This document shows positions 22,626 through 33,255 of a stretch of 39,548 bases of DNA, piece after piece. The stretch's first letter is position 1. Every line of letters begins with the position of its first letter. The stretch lies in contig NC_057752.1 in NCBI RefSeq assembly GCF_004010195.1, forward strand, positions 15,895,348-15,934,895, in the 5' to 3' direction. Both the position numbers and the translations under genes were made by a program. The DNA is from Chiloscyllium plagiosum (taxonomy: Eukaryota). A model generated the notes under the pieces. The model searched no databases, was not told the DNA's origin, and worked only from the letters and a program-made list of their open reading frames with translations.

Positions 22626-24037
22626 CACAGGGAAAGGAGAACAAACCTCAAATCCTACCTTACATTAATCAAGAAGAAAACAGTAAACGCCATCACATAC
22701 AGACAGATCGATAAAACTGAACAAGAAAACAGTGCGTATAACACAGATACCCCTGGCAACCCAGCAAGCCACCCGTCCCTCCCACCTTCCTTCCACTCAA
22801 AGACAGACCACACCTACGCCCTTTTCGGCTCTCAGTCCACCCTGACAGATCTTCCGGCCACCTCTAGGACAGCCTGTCCTGTTTTCCCACTACTCCCCAG
22901 CAATTAGGATGGCATACCCACCTTCCAGCTTCTCTAACCACCCTTCCGTGCCTCCAAGCCACCTCTAGGACAGTCTGTCCTGGTAACTGCCCAGGTCACA
23001 GCGCTGAGGACAACCTACCTGCCTTCCAGCTCTTGGCCTGCCTGTACTATCTGGCTCTCACTCACCCTGATGCACCATCCGGCCTGTGGACTGCCCTGAC
23101 ACATCTTCCGGCCACCTCTTGGACAGCCCGTCCCCTTCCCCTGGGACGCCAGTATACAGGGCAGCCAACAAGCAGTCCGAATCTCAGCCTGCCCCTACGC
23201 ACCTTCTGGCTCTCAGCCGCTCTGAGACACCTTCCGACCACCTCTAGGACAGCCCATTCTTGGGACGACAACACTCAGAATAGCCTACTCACCTTCCAGC
23301 TTTCAGGACAGCTTACCCATCTTCTGGTTCACAGGACTGCCTACCCACCCTCCAGCTTTCAGGATGACCTTTGAGTCTCCCAGCTCAAAGTAAGGGACTA
23401 GGGACACACAAGACAGTGCAGGTGATAAACCCAACAAGCAACAAGATAGAGTCAATTACCAACAAACAGAGTCCATTTTCAGAAACAATCCTCTTTAAGA
23501 TGCAAAGTCCATTCCCAGGAACAGAGTCCACTCCAGTATACAAAATGCATTGTCAGAAATAGAGGCCACTGCCAAAAGCAGAGTCCACTCCTGAAGGCAG
23601 CAAATGCACACCCCATAGCACACTCATATAGGTGTTCAGTCTCGACAAAGGCCTGGTCCATCCATACAGATCCAGGCCCACTTACAGGAACATAGCACAT
23701 TGTAAAGGTGCAGTTAACTCACAGAGGTCTGGTCCACTCTCAAAGGCAGCAGATGATCACCTCTTAGCACACACAGGTATTCAGTCTTTACAGAGGGCTA
23801 GTCCACCCAGAGGGTCAGGCCCACCCACAGAGGACCAGGCCTACCCATGGAGAAACAGTTAATCTGGAAAGGTGCTTTTTCTCACAGGGGCTCAATCCCA
23901 ACACCAAAAAAATGAAAACACATGCAAAAAAAATAAACAGAGTGTAAAGGCTAAACCCTGCCACAAAAATCAGCATTGTACATTTCTCAAAATAAAAGAA
24001 AGGAGTACACACAGATTGTAGCCAGACAGTGAAACAA

Positions 24038-24353
24038 GGGTGGCACGGTGGCACAGTGGTTAGCACTGCTGCCTCACAGCGCCTGAGACCCGGGTTCAAT
24101 TCCCGCCTCAGGCAACTGTCTGTGTGGAGTTTGCACATTCCCCCCGTGTCTGCGTGGATTTCCTCTGGGTGCTCCAGTCTCCTCCCAAAGTCCAAAGATG
24201 TGCTGGTTAGGTGGATTGGCCACACTAAATTGCCCGTAGTGTTAGGTGAAGGGGTAAATGCAGGGGAATGGGTCTGGGTGGGTTGGTCTTCGGAGGGTCG
24301 GTGTGGACTCGTTGGACCGAAGGGCCTGTTTCCACATTGTAAGTAATCTAATC
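24038..24353 (+). mobile_element. HE1-like V-SINE, full length
   Basis: tRNA head, V-domain, taatc tail; absent from the paralogous site at ~27805. Confidence 0.93.
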
Positions 24354-26074
24354 AAAATCATCTGAAATACATCTGAAACACATTGACTGTGTAAATCAGC
24401 CAGTTTCGAGATCAGTCCTCAATAAAAAGGAATACCAATGAACAAACCGGTTATATAATTCAGACAGCTTAAGAATCAGGTTTCCCCCTAAAAATACAGA
24501 AACCAATGGCAACAGTACAAGCTGGATGTGGTCAGCCAGCTCAGAGCCAGTCCCCTGACACAAACAGAGAGTCTTTCACTGATCCAGCTCCCAGAATGAA
24601 CAGGGTGTCTGACAGTCCTGTTTATTCGATTTTGTTAACCAGTACAAATTACAAACAAACGTTTTACATAACAGCTGTATACAAGAAACAGCAATTTATG
24701 GGGGAAAGGGGCAGCAAAGCCAGACCCCCAATCCCACTGTACAAGCTGTTCACAGGGAAACAAGGATGAACCTCGAATCACACCTTACATTAAACAAGAA
24801 GGAAACAGTAAACACCATCACGTACAGACAGATTGATAAACCAAACAATAAGACAGTGCTAATAACACACACCCAGCAAGCCACCTGTCCCTCCCACCTT
24901 CCAGCTACTCAAAGGCAGCCCACGCCTCACTCCCTCCAGTTCTTGGTCCACCCCATGTCCCTTCCAGCTCTCCGTCCGCCCTGACACATCTATATCTCCG
25001 TTTCCCCCCCCGCCACTGACAACAGGACAGCCTACCACTTTCCAGCTTCCTTCACTGCCCTTTCACACCTGCCAGCCACCTCTAGGACAGCCTGACCCCT
25101 TCCTTGGGACGATGGTACACAGAGCAGCCCACTAGCCTTCTGGATCTCAGCCTGCCTCTATATGCCTTTTGGCTCACAGCTGCTCTAACACACCTTCTGG
25201 CCATTTCTAGGACAGCCTGCCTGGGGTGACGATGCTGAGGACGGCCTACCCACCTTCTGGCTCTCGGTCTGCCCTTAAGTACCATCTAGTTCTTGCCCAC
25301 CCTGATGCACCATCCGGCTTGTGGACTGCCCCAACACCGATTCCAGCCACCTCTAGGACAGCCTGTCCTCTTCCCTGGCCAATAGTGCACAGGGCAGCCC
25401 ACAAGCCATCTGATCTCAGCCTGCCCCTACACACCTTCTGGCTCTCGGCTGCTCTGACACACCTTCCGGCCACCTCTAGGACAGCCCATCCCAATTACCC
25501 CTTCTCGGGACGACAGCGCTCAGAATGACCTACCGACTCTTGGGGCGACTGGCATCGGGGTGGCCTACCCATCTTCTGGCTTTCAGGTCAGCCAACTTAC
25601 CTTCAGGTTCACACAACAGCCTACCCACCCTCCAGCTCTCAGGGTGACAGCTTTCAGGATGACCTATGAGCCTCCCAGCTCACAGTAAGGGACACACAAG
25701 ACAGTGCAAAAGGCAACAAGATAGAGTCAATTACCAACAAACAAAGTCCTTTCTGGTGCACAGAGTCCATTACTGTAAACAGTTCTCTTCAGAACACAGA
25801 ATCAATTCCCAGGAGCACAGTATACAAAATGCGTTGTCAGAAATAAGACTCCACTCCAACATGCAGAGCCAAAAACAGAGTCCACTCCTAAAGGCAGCAA
25901 ATGCTCACCTCCCAGCGCATACACAGGTGTTCAGTGTTTACAAAAGCCTAGTCCATCCACAAATGGGCCAGGCCTACCCTCAGAGGAACAGTTTATGTGG
26001 AAAGGTGCATTATTTCACAGAGCCTCAGTCCAAACACCAAACAGAAAGTGAAAACACATGCAAAAAATAAAGAA

Positions 26075-26518
26075 GGAGAAAGTGAGGACTGCAGATGCTG
26101 GAGACCAGAGTTGAAAAATGTGTTGCTGGAAAAACACAGCAGGCCAGGCAGCATCCGAGGAGCAGGAGAATCGACGTTTCGGGCATAACCCCTTCTTCAG
26201 GAATGAGGCTGATGTGCCAGGCGGGCTGAGATAAAAGGTAGGGAGGAGGGAATTTGGGGGAGGGGCGCTGGGAATACAATAGGTGGAAGGAGGTGAGGGT
26301 GAGTGTGACAGGCCGGAGAGGGGGTGAGGCGGAGAGGTCGGGAAGAAGATTGCAGGTCAAGAGGGCGGTGCTGCATCTGGGGATTGGGACTGAGATACGG
26401 TGGGAGGAGGGGCAATGAGGAAGCTGGAGAAATCTACATTCCTGAAACGTCGATTCTCCTGCTCCTCGGATGATGCCTGGCCTGCTGCGCCTTTCCAGCA
26501 CCACACTTTTCAACTCTC
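26075..26518 (-). mobile_element. PLE 3' end (family 1) with partial inverted pLTR at ~26441-26518
   Basis: Homologous to 3942-4300; hammerhead motif on minus strand at ~26165-26200. Confidence 0.88.
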
Positions 26519-26934
26519 ATCCAAATGATACAATAAATGGTAAATCTTCAGGTCGTGTGGTCTGAACTCTATGGAACCCCAAAAGTTGCCAACCATGAAC
26601 GAAACAGCTATCCAATCTCTCTGCAGTTTGTTGGCTCACCAGCCCTCTATCTAGGAGAATGACCTCCTCCCAAACCCATGTCCTCTTATTTTACAGCTTA
26701 ATATTTTGTGCAGCGTTAAATCAGTCCCTTTTCAAAGCTCAGGTACTTTGCTTCTCCAGGATCTCTATTGTCTACTCTCTTAAAAGATGTGACAAGCAAA
26801 GTAGACAATGGAATTGGCTGTGTAATTGGCTTCTGTTGCAGACTCTTTCCGGTGTTCTATGCAAAAAATAAGATCATCCTTCATTTTGTAAACTCTAATG
26901 CATATTGTATCAAACTGATCATCCTTTCCTTATA

Positions 26935-27007
26935 NNNNNNNNNNNNNNNNNNNNNNNNNNNNNNNNNNNNNNNNNNNNNNNNNNNNNNNNNNNNNNNNNN
27001 NNNNNNN
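26935..27007. other. Assembly gap (73 N)
   Basis: N run. Confidence 1.
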
Positions 27008-27760
27008 TCAGCGGGTCGTTAGTTCATGGAATGCCCTGCCAGTAACAGTGGTGGACTCTCCCTCTTTATGGGCATTTAAGAGGGCATTGGATAGGTATAT
27101 GGAGGATAGTGGGTTAGTGTAGTTTAGGTGGGCTTGGATCGGCGCAACATCGAGGGCCCAAGGGCCTGTACTGCGCTGTATTCTTCTATGTTCTATGTTC
27201 TATGTTCTACAGAGTCTGTGCTTCTGTGATTGTATGGCTGTGGAAGGTCAATCATTCAGTAGCTCAAGATAGGAATTGATGAGTTTCTGAAGAAGATCTT
27301 ATCACTGTGTATATGAGTGAACTTGTAATATCTTCTGAAAATACGCCAATGGCAAAATTAAGAGAAAAAGGTGCAGCTTACTTACATAGAACATAGAACA
27401 TAGAACATTACAGCGCAGTACAGGCCCTTGGGCCCTCGATGTTGCGCCGATCCAAGCCCACCTTAACTACACTAACCCACTATCCTCCATATACCTATCC
27501 AATGCCCTCTTAAATGCCCATAAAGATGGAGAGTCCACCACTGTTACTGGCAGGGCATTCCATGAGTCGTTAGTTCATGGAATGCCCTGCCAGTAACAGT
27601 GGTGGACTCTCCCTCTTTATGGGCATTTAAGAGGGCATTGGATAGGTATATGGAGGATAGTGGGTTAGTGTAGTTTAGGTAGGCTTGGATCGGCGCAACA
27701 TCGAGGGCCCAAGGGCCTGTACTGCGCTGTATTCTTCTATGTTCTATGTTCTATGTTCTA
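27008..27760. mobile_element. Three near-identical young CR1 3' ends (+27008-27209, -27386-27565, +27566-27760)
   Basis: Direct comparison shows 1 to a few differences; (ttctatg)n tails. Confidence 0.9.
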
Positions 27761-28195
27761 AAAGAGAATGGAGTAACAGACAGGCTGTAACCAGCCAGTG
27801 AAACAACAGTTCCCTAATGAGAACTGAAATACACCTGTAACACATTGACTGTATAAATCAGGCAGTTTAGAAATAAGTCCTGAATAAAAAAGGAATACCA
27901 GTTAACAAACTGGCTTGGTAGAATCAGCCAATTCAGGAATCAGGTTTCTCCAAACAATTGGAAACCGACAGTAACACGCACTAGATGTGGCTGGCCAGCC
28001 AGCTCAGAGTCGATCCCCTTACACAAGTAGAGGGTCCTTGACACTGATCCAGTTCCCTCAGAGTCAGCTCTCGGAGTGAACAGGATGTCTGACACTTCTG
28101 TTCTTATATCAGCTAGGGCTCCCTGATTAACAACCCCAATCAGGGAACTCACATTCTATGAATTCCATCTGGCTGACCTTGTCACAATCACTACA

Positions 28196-29150
28196 CCATC
28201 CCCCCCCCCCGAGTCCGAGGACACAGGCTAATTATTTTTGTTATAGTAACTCCTCGGCCATTTTAGCACCAGGTCAGGTTCCTTTGACTCTGCCTCAGGT
28301 ACGGGCGGTGTACAGTAACCCACCTCTCACGCCCAGAGCGCCTCAGAAGAAATTCATCCTCTTCTTCATGAAAAGTCCTGCACAGTCGACAGGGTACTGA
28401 GTCCAGAGTTTACTGTTCCATTCCCAAGAACAGAGGGGAGCTGCTGGCATAAATGTTTGTCCTGGTTGCTACTCTCGGCACTGCATCACCAATACAGCTA
28501 ATCCTGGCCACCAGACATAACTTCTGGCAAACACCTTCATTTTGGAGACCCCTGGATGGCTCTGGTGGAGTTCAGCCAGTACGTAGCGGTGACTTTTAAC
28601 TCAGGACATTCGCTCTTGATCCTTATCACAATATGCCATCCTCCTACTGTGATCTGGTCTCTCCAGGCCTGAAAAGGTTTCCATTCTGGTTTTGAATGCC
28701 TTTTGGTTTCCCCCATCGCCACCAAATATTTCAGTTTTGCCAGGACCGGAACCTTCTGCATCCAAAATCTGATATTGTCAGCTACAACTGGCAGTGTGTC
28801 CAGAATATTTAAAACCATTGCGAACTCTTCCAGTGGCGGTACCACCAGTGGTGTATCTACCAACGGGAATGCATCTGCATTTGCTACTTGGCCACTTCAT
28901 TGGTGTTCCAACTTGTAATTTTATGCATTTAGTATTAGAGCACACCACTGAGTTCCACCTGAAGCTATGGGCTGCACTGCCTTGTCTTCTTTAATTAAAC
29001 CTAACAGGGATTTGTGGTCCATTATGATTATCAGTTTACTTCCATGAAGGTATTGGTGGAACTTCCTGACTCCAAATTTTTGACCGCCAACCCTTCCTTC
29101 TTGATTGGGACATATTTAAGCTTTGCATGAGCCAAAGTCCTCATGCATAT
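28196..29150 (-). mobile_element. Gypsy (Ty3) internal remnant: RNase H, integrase Zn-binding region, PPT
   Basis: EGLAV..FGVRKFHQYLHG..DHKSL..ANADAF; ELHQSHPGVSKM..ARSYVWWPGL; PPT G11ATGG at 28196-28210. Confidence 0.85.
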
Positions 29151-29581
29151 GAGTCCTGTTGCAGCTGTACAGAACACTGGTGAGGCCACTTTTGGAGTTC
29201 TAGGCATCCTGCTATAGGAAGGGTATTATCAAATTGGAAAGGGTGGAGAAAATATTTATAAAGAAGTTACCAGGACTACAGGGTTTGAATTTTAAGGAGA
29301 AACTGGATAGGCTGGCTCTTCTTTCCCTCGAGAGTAGGAGGTTGAGGGGTGACCTTTTGGAGGTTTTTAATATTATGACGGACGTAGATAAGGTGAATAG
29401 CAAAGTGGAACTGAAAACTAGGAGACATAATTTTAAAATGGGATGAGAAATATTTAAAAGGGACCTGAGAGGCAAGGTTTTCACACAGAGGATGGTGCTT
29501 ATGTAGCAATATTGCCAGAGGAAGTTTTAGATGCAGGGACACTTACAACATTGAAAAAACATTTGGACAGGTACATGAAGA

Positions 29582-29621
29582 AGGTTCCTGAAGAAGGGCC
29601 TGTGCCCGAAACGTCGAATCT
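29582..29621 (+). ncRNA. Minimal type I hammerhead ribozyme motif (PLE type)
   Basis: AGGTTC-CTGAAGA-A-GGGC ctgt GCCC-GAAACGTC-GAATCT: 6-bp stem I, 4-bp stem II, palindromic ACGT, GUC triplet at 29613-29615. Activity untested. Confidence 0.8.
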
Positions 29622-29714
29622 CCTGTTCCCTGGATGCTGCCTGACCTGCTGTGCTGTTCCAGCAATAAAGTTTCAACTTTGATCTCCAGCATCTGCAGAC
29701 CTCACTTTCTCCAT
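29582..29714 (+). mobile_element. 133-bp solo PLE pLTR (young subfamily)
   Basis: 29587-29713 appears identical to 22501-22627; 11-bp TSD gtacatgaaga at 29571-29581 and 29715-29725. Confidence 0.93.
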
Positions 29715-29927
29715 GTACATGAAGAGGAAAGGTTCAAAAGGAGGTGGGACAAACGCAGGCAAGTGGAACTAGTTTAAGTTTAAGAAACCCGGTCAGCATG
29801 GACGAGTTGGGCTGAGGGGTCTATTTCTATGCTGTGTGACTTTATGAACTGTTGACCTAGAAGTCACCCTGCAACAGCCAAAACCCCCATCCTCTCTGTA
29901 TGAAATTGTCCAATTCCCTTATCATAA

Positions 29928-30402
29928 TGTCACAGAGATGTACAGCGCAGAAATAGACCCTTTTGTCCAACTCATCCATGCCGACCAGATATCCTAACCC
30001 AATCTAGTCCCATTTGCCAGCACTTGGCCCATTTCCCTCTAATCCTTCCTATTCATATACCTATCTAGCTGCCTTTTAAGTGTTGTATTTCTACCAGTCT
30101 CCACCACTTCCTCTGGCAACTCATTCCAAATATGCACTGCCCTCTGCCTGAAAAAGTTGCCCATTAGGTCTCTTATTTTAAATCTTTCCCCTCTTACCAT
30201 AAACCTATGCCCTCCAGCTCTGGAATCCCTCACCCCAGGGAAAATATCTTGTCTATTTATCCTATCCATGCCCTTCATGATTTTATAAACCTCTATAAAG
30301 TCACCCCTTATCCTCCGATGCTCCAGGGAAAACAGTCCCAGCCTATTCAGCCATTCCCAATAGCTCAAACCCTCCAACCCTGGTAACATCCTTGTAAGTC
30401 TT
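29928..30402 (-). mobile_element. CR1 3' fragment
   Basis: MLPGLEGLSY..RGDFIEVYKIM..WNELP. Confidence 0.9.
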
Positions 30403-30936
30403 CTGCTTGATCACTTCCTGCTTTCACATGGTACTGCAACATGAAATATCACCTGCTAACATATTCCTCCTCTGAAATGAGCACTGTCAACCAGTTTGGG
30501 AAGGACAATGAAAGAACAAACTTGCAGTAACACAACACATATCAGATCTGAAAATGCTTCACATTGCATTTAAAAAGGTGTGCAATCACGAATGTACCAG
30601 CCAAGTCCTGTCGGTAGCAAGTGAGATGATTGGCTGCAGAAAATATTCTTGACTGAGAGATGAATGTTGACCAGCGTGGCCTTGGTCCAAATGACAACTG
30701 GTTTTAAATACCGACTCCTGTCAAGGAAATGAAGGGGGCATATGGAGTAGAGAGCAGCTATGAAATATTGACTTCATGCTGTTTGTACCTCCACTTCCCA
30801 AACTGTAACTGATCACATAACTGTATTTCCAACCACACTTACTGTATTTCAACTTGTACTGATTTTATAATAACCTGCACCAACATATACACATACCCAC
30901 CGTATGTAACCAAGACCAATTGTATATCTATCAACT

Positions 30937-32945
30937 GTGAGACAGGTAAGAATGGATAAGATTAAGGAACCTTGGATGACGATAACAGAGGAACTTCTTG
31001 TCAAAAGGAAGAAGGCAGCTTACATAAGGTGGAGGAAGCAAGGATCTAGCACAGCTTTAGAGGATTACAGGCTTGCTAGAAAGGAGCTCAGAAATGGACT
31101 GAGGAGAGCCAGGAGGGGGCACGAAAAAGGCTTGGCAGAAAGGATTAGTGAGAACCCAAAGGCATTTTACTCAAACGTGAGGAATAAGAGAATGATCAGG
31201 GAAAAGATAGGGCCGATCAGGGATATCGGAGGGAAGTTGTGAGTGGAGTCTGAGCAGATAGGGGAAGCCCTAAATGAGTTTTTTGCTTTGGTTTTCACCA
31301 AGGAAAGGGAACTTGTTGTAAATAAAAACTTAGAGGAGCTGGGATATGGGCTTGACCAGATCAGGATTGATGAAGTTGATGTGCAAGAAATTTTGGAAAA
31401 CATTAAGATTGATAAGTCCCCAGGGCCAGACCAGATTTATCCTAGGCTGCTCCGGGAAGTGAGAAAGGAGGTTGCTAAGCCACTAGCGAGGATATTTTCC
31501 TCCTCACTCTCCACAGGAGTTGTACCAGAGGATTGGAAGGAGGTGAATGTTGTTCCTCTTTTCAAGAAGGGGAATAGGGAAATCCCTAGCAATTACAGAC
31601 CAGTCAGTCTTATGTCTGTGGTCAGCAAAGTTTTGGAAATAATTCTGAGGGATAGGATTTATGACTATTTGGCAAAGCATAGTGTGATTAAAAGCAGTCA
31701 GCATGGCTTTGTGAGGGGCAAGTCATGCCTCACAAATCTTATTGAGTTCTTTGAGGAGATGTCAAGACAGGTCGACAACAGTCGAGCAGTGGATGTGGTG
31801 TATGTGGACTTCTGCAAGGCATTTGATAAGGTTCCCATGGTAGGCTCATTCCTAAAGTCAGGAAGTGTGGGATACAGGGAGATTTGGCTATCAGGATTCA
31901 GAATTGGCTGGCTGACAGAAGGCAGAAGAATGGTTGTGGATGGAAAGTTTTCTGCCTGGAGGTCAGTGTTGAGTGGTGTCCTGCAGGACTGTGTTCTTGG
32001 GCCTCTGCTCTTTGTAGTTTTTATAAATGACTTGGATGAGGAGGTTGAGGGGTGGGTTAGTAAATTTGCAGATGACACAAAGGTTGGAGGTGTCGTCGAT
32101 AGTATAGAGGGCTGTTGCAGGCTGCAGTGCGACATAGACAAGGTGCAGAACTGGGCTGAGAAATGGCAGATGGAGTTCAACCTGGATAAATGCAAAGTGA
32201 TGCATTTTGAAAGGTTGAACTCGAATGCTGAATATAGGATTAAAGACAGGATTCTTGCCAGTGTGGAGGAACAGGGGGGTCAGGGTGTGCATGTACATAG
32301 ATCCCTCAAAGTTGCCACCCAAGTGGATAGGGTTGTTAAGAAAGCATATGGTGTTTTGGCTTTCATTAACAGGGGGATCGAGTTTAAGAGCCGTGAGGTT
32401 TTGCTGCAGCTCTACAAGTCCCTGGTGAGACCACACTTGGAATATTGTGTCCAGTTCCGGTTGCCCTATTATAGGAAAGATACAGAGGCTTTGGAGAGGG
32501 TACAAAGAAGGTTTACCAGGATGCTGCCTGGACTGGAGAGCTTGCCTTATGAAGAAAGGTTGAATAAGCTCGGACTTTTTTCTCTGGAGAGGAGGAGAAA
32601 GAGAGACCTGATCGAGGTGTACAAGGTAATGAGAGGCATGGATAGAATCAATAGCCAGAGACTTTTCCCCAGGGCAGGATTGATTGGGACGAGGATTGGT
32701 TTGAAGATATTAGGAGGAAGGTATAAAGGAGATGTCAGAGGTAGATTCTTTATGCAGAGAGTTGTGAATGCATGGAATGCGTTGTCAGCTGTGGTGGTGG
32801 AGGCAGAGTCATTGGGGACGTTTAAGCGACTGCGAGACATACACATGGATAGCAATGAGTTGAGGGTTGTGTAGGTTAATTTGCTATGTTTTACATTAGG
32901 ATTAAACCTTGGCCTGTTGTGCTGTACTTTTCTATGTTCTATGTA
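30937..32945 (+). mobile_element. 5'-truncated CR1 LINE with nearly open ORF2 (RT)
   Basis: KSPGPD..NYRPVSL..QHGF..SCLTNL..DFCKAFDKV..FINDL..FADDTK; stop at ~31240; (ttctatg)n tail. Confidence 0.95.
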
Positions 32946-33255
32946 TGTAACTCCACCCACAATTTCTACCCAAACTGATTGTACTCACACTGTCTGTAGC
33001 CCCACCCATATGATCCAGTCAAACCGGCTGTACATCCACACTGACTGTATCTTCACTCATACTATATCTCCAATCAAATCAACTGTACCTCAACCCATAC
33101 TGACTCCATCTCAACCCATACTGATTGTACTTCCAGCTAAACTGATTGTACCTTGAGACAAATCAACTCCACATCCATACTGAGTGCATCTTCAGTCAAA
33201 TAAAATGTATCAGCACCCACACTGTACTTCCAGTCAAACCAACTGAGCTGCACCT
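32946..33255. repeat. Degenerate AC-rich minisatellite (actgtac/actgattgtac-like); also 30785-30936
   Basis: Recurrent motif on both sides of the CR1 insertion. Confidence 0.55.

Larger units (their letters stand above)
22274..28020 (-). repeat. Two diverged tandem copies of an unclassified ~2 kb unit (22274-~24560 and ~24630-28020)
   Basis: Colinear similarity (ttaaccagtacaaattacaaacaaac..agctcagag); copy 2 interrupted at ~26075-27760; internal gccacctctaggacagcc repeats. Confidence 0.85.
22035..28195 (-). mobile_element. Gypsy 3' LTR split into 22035-22273 and ~28030-28195 by inserted DNA
   Basis: Termini TGTAATGA..TCACTACA (7/8 inverted match); PPT abuts 28196; minus-strand AATAAA at 22182-22187; ~75 bp LTR segment shared by 22200-22273 and ~28034-28107. 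Confidence 0.7.
29152..29848 (+). mobile_element. CR1 3' fragment with nested solo pLTR
   Basis: LERVEK..LPGL..SLESRRLRGDLLEVF. Confidence 0.88.

Noticed and set aside
22857..25486. CRISPR-like array of 18-bp repeats with spacers
   Set aside because: Vertebrate context, spacers are 80-135 bp and similar to each other, and there are no cas genes.
22548..26188. Pro/Ser/Thr-rich ORFs in the duplicated unit
   Set aside because: Frames are not preserved between the two copies and reflect C-rich repeats.
31243..32874. 543-aa ORF as a domesticated or active RT gene
   Set aside because: 5'-truncated CR1 with no endonuclease domain, an upstream stop and an internal frameshifted segment.
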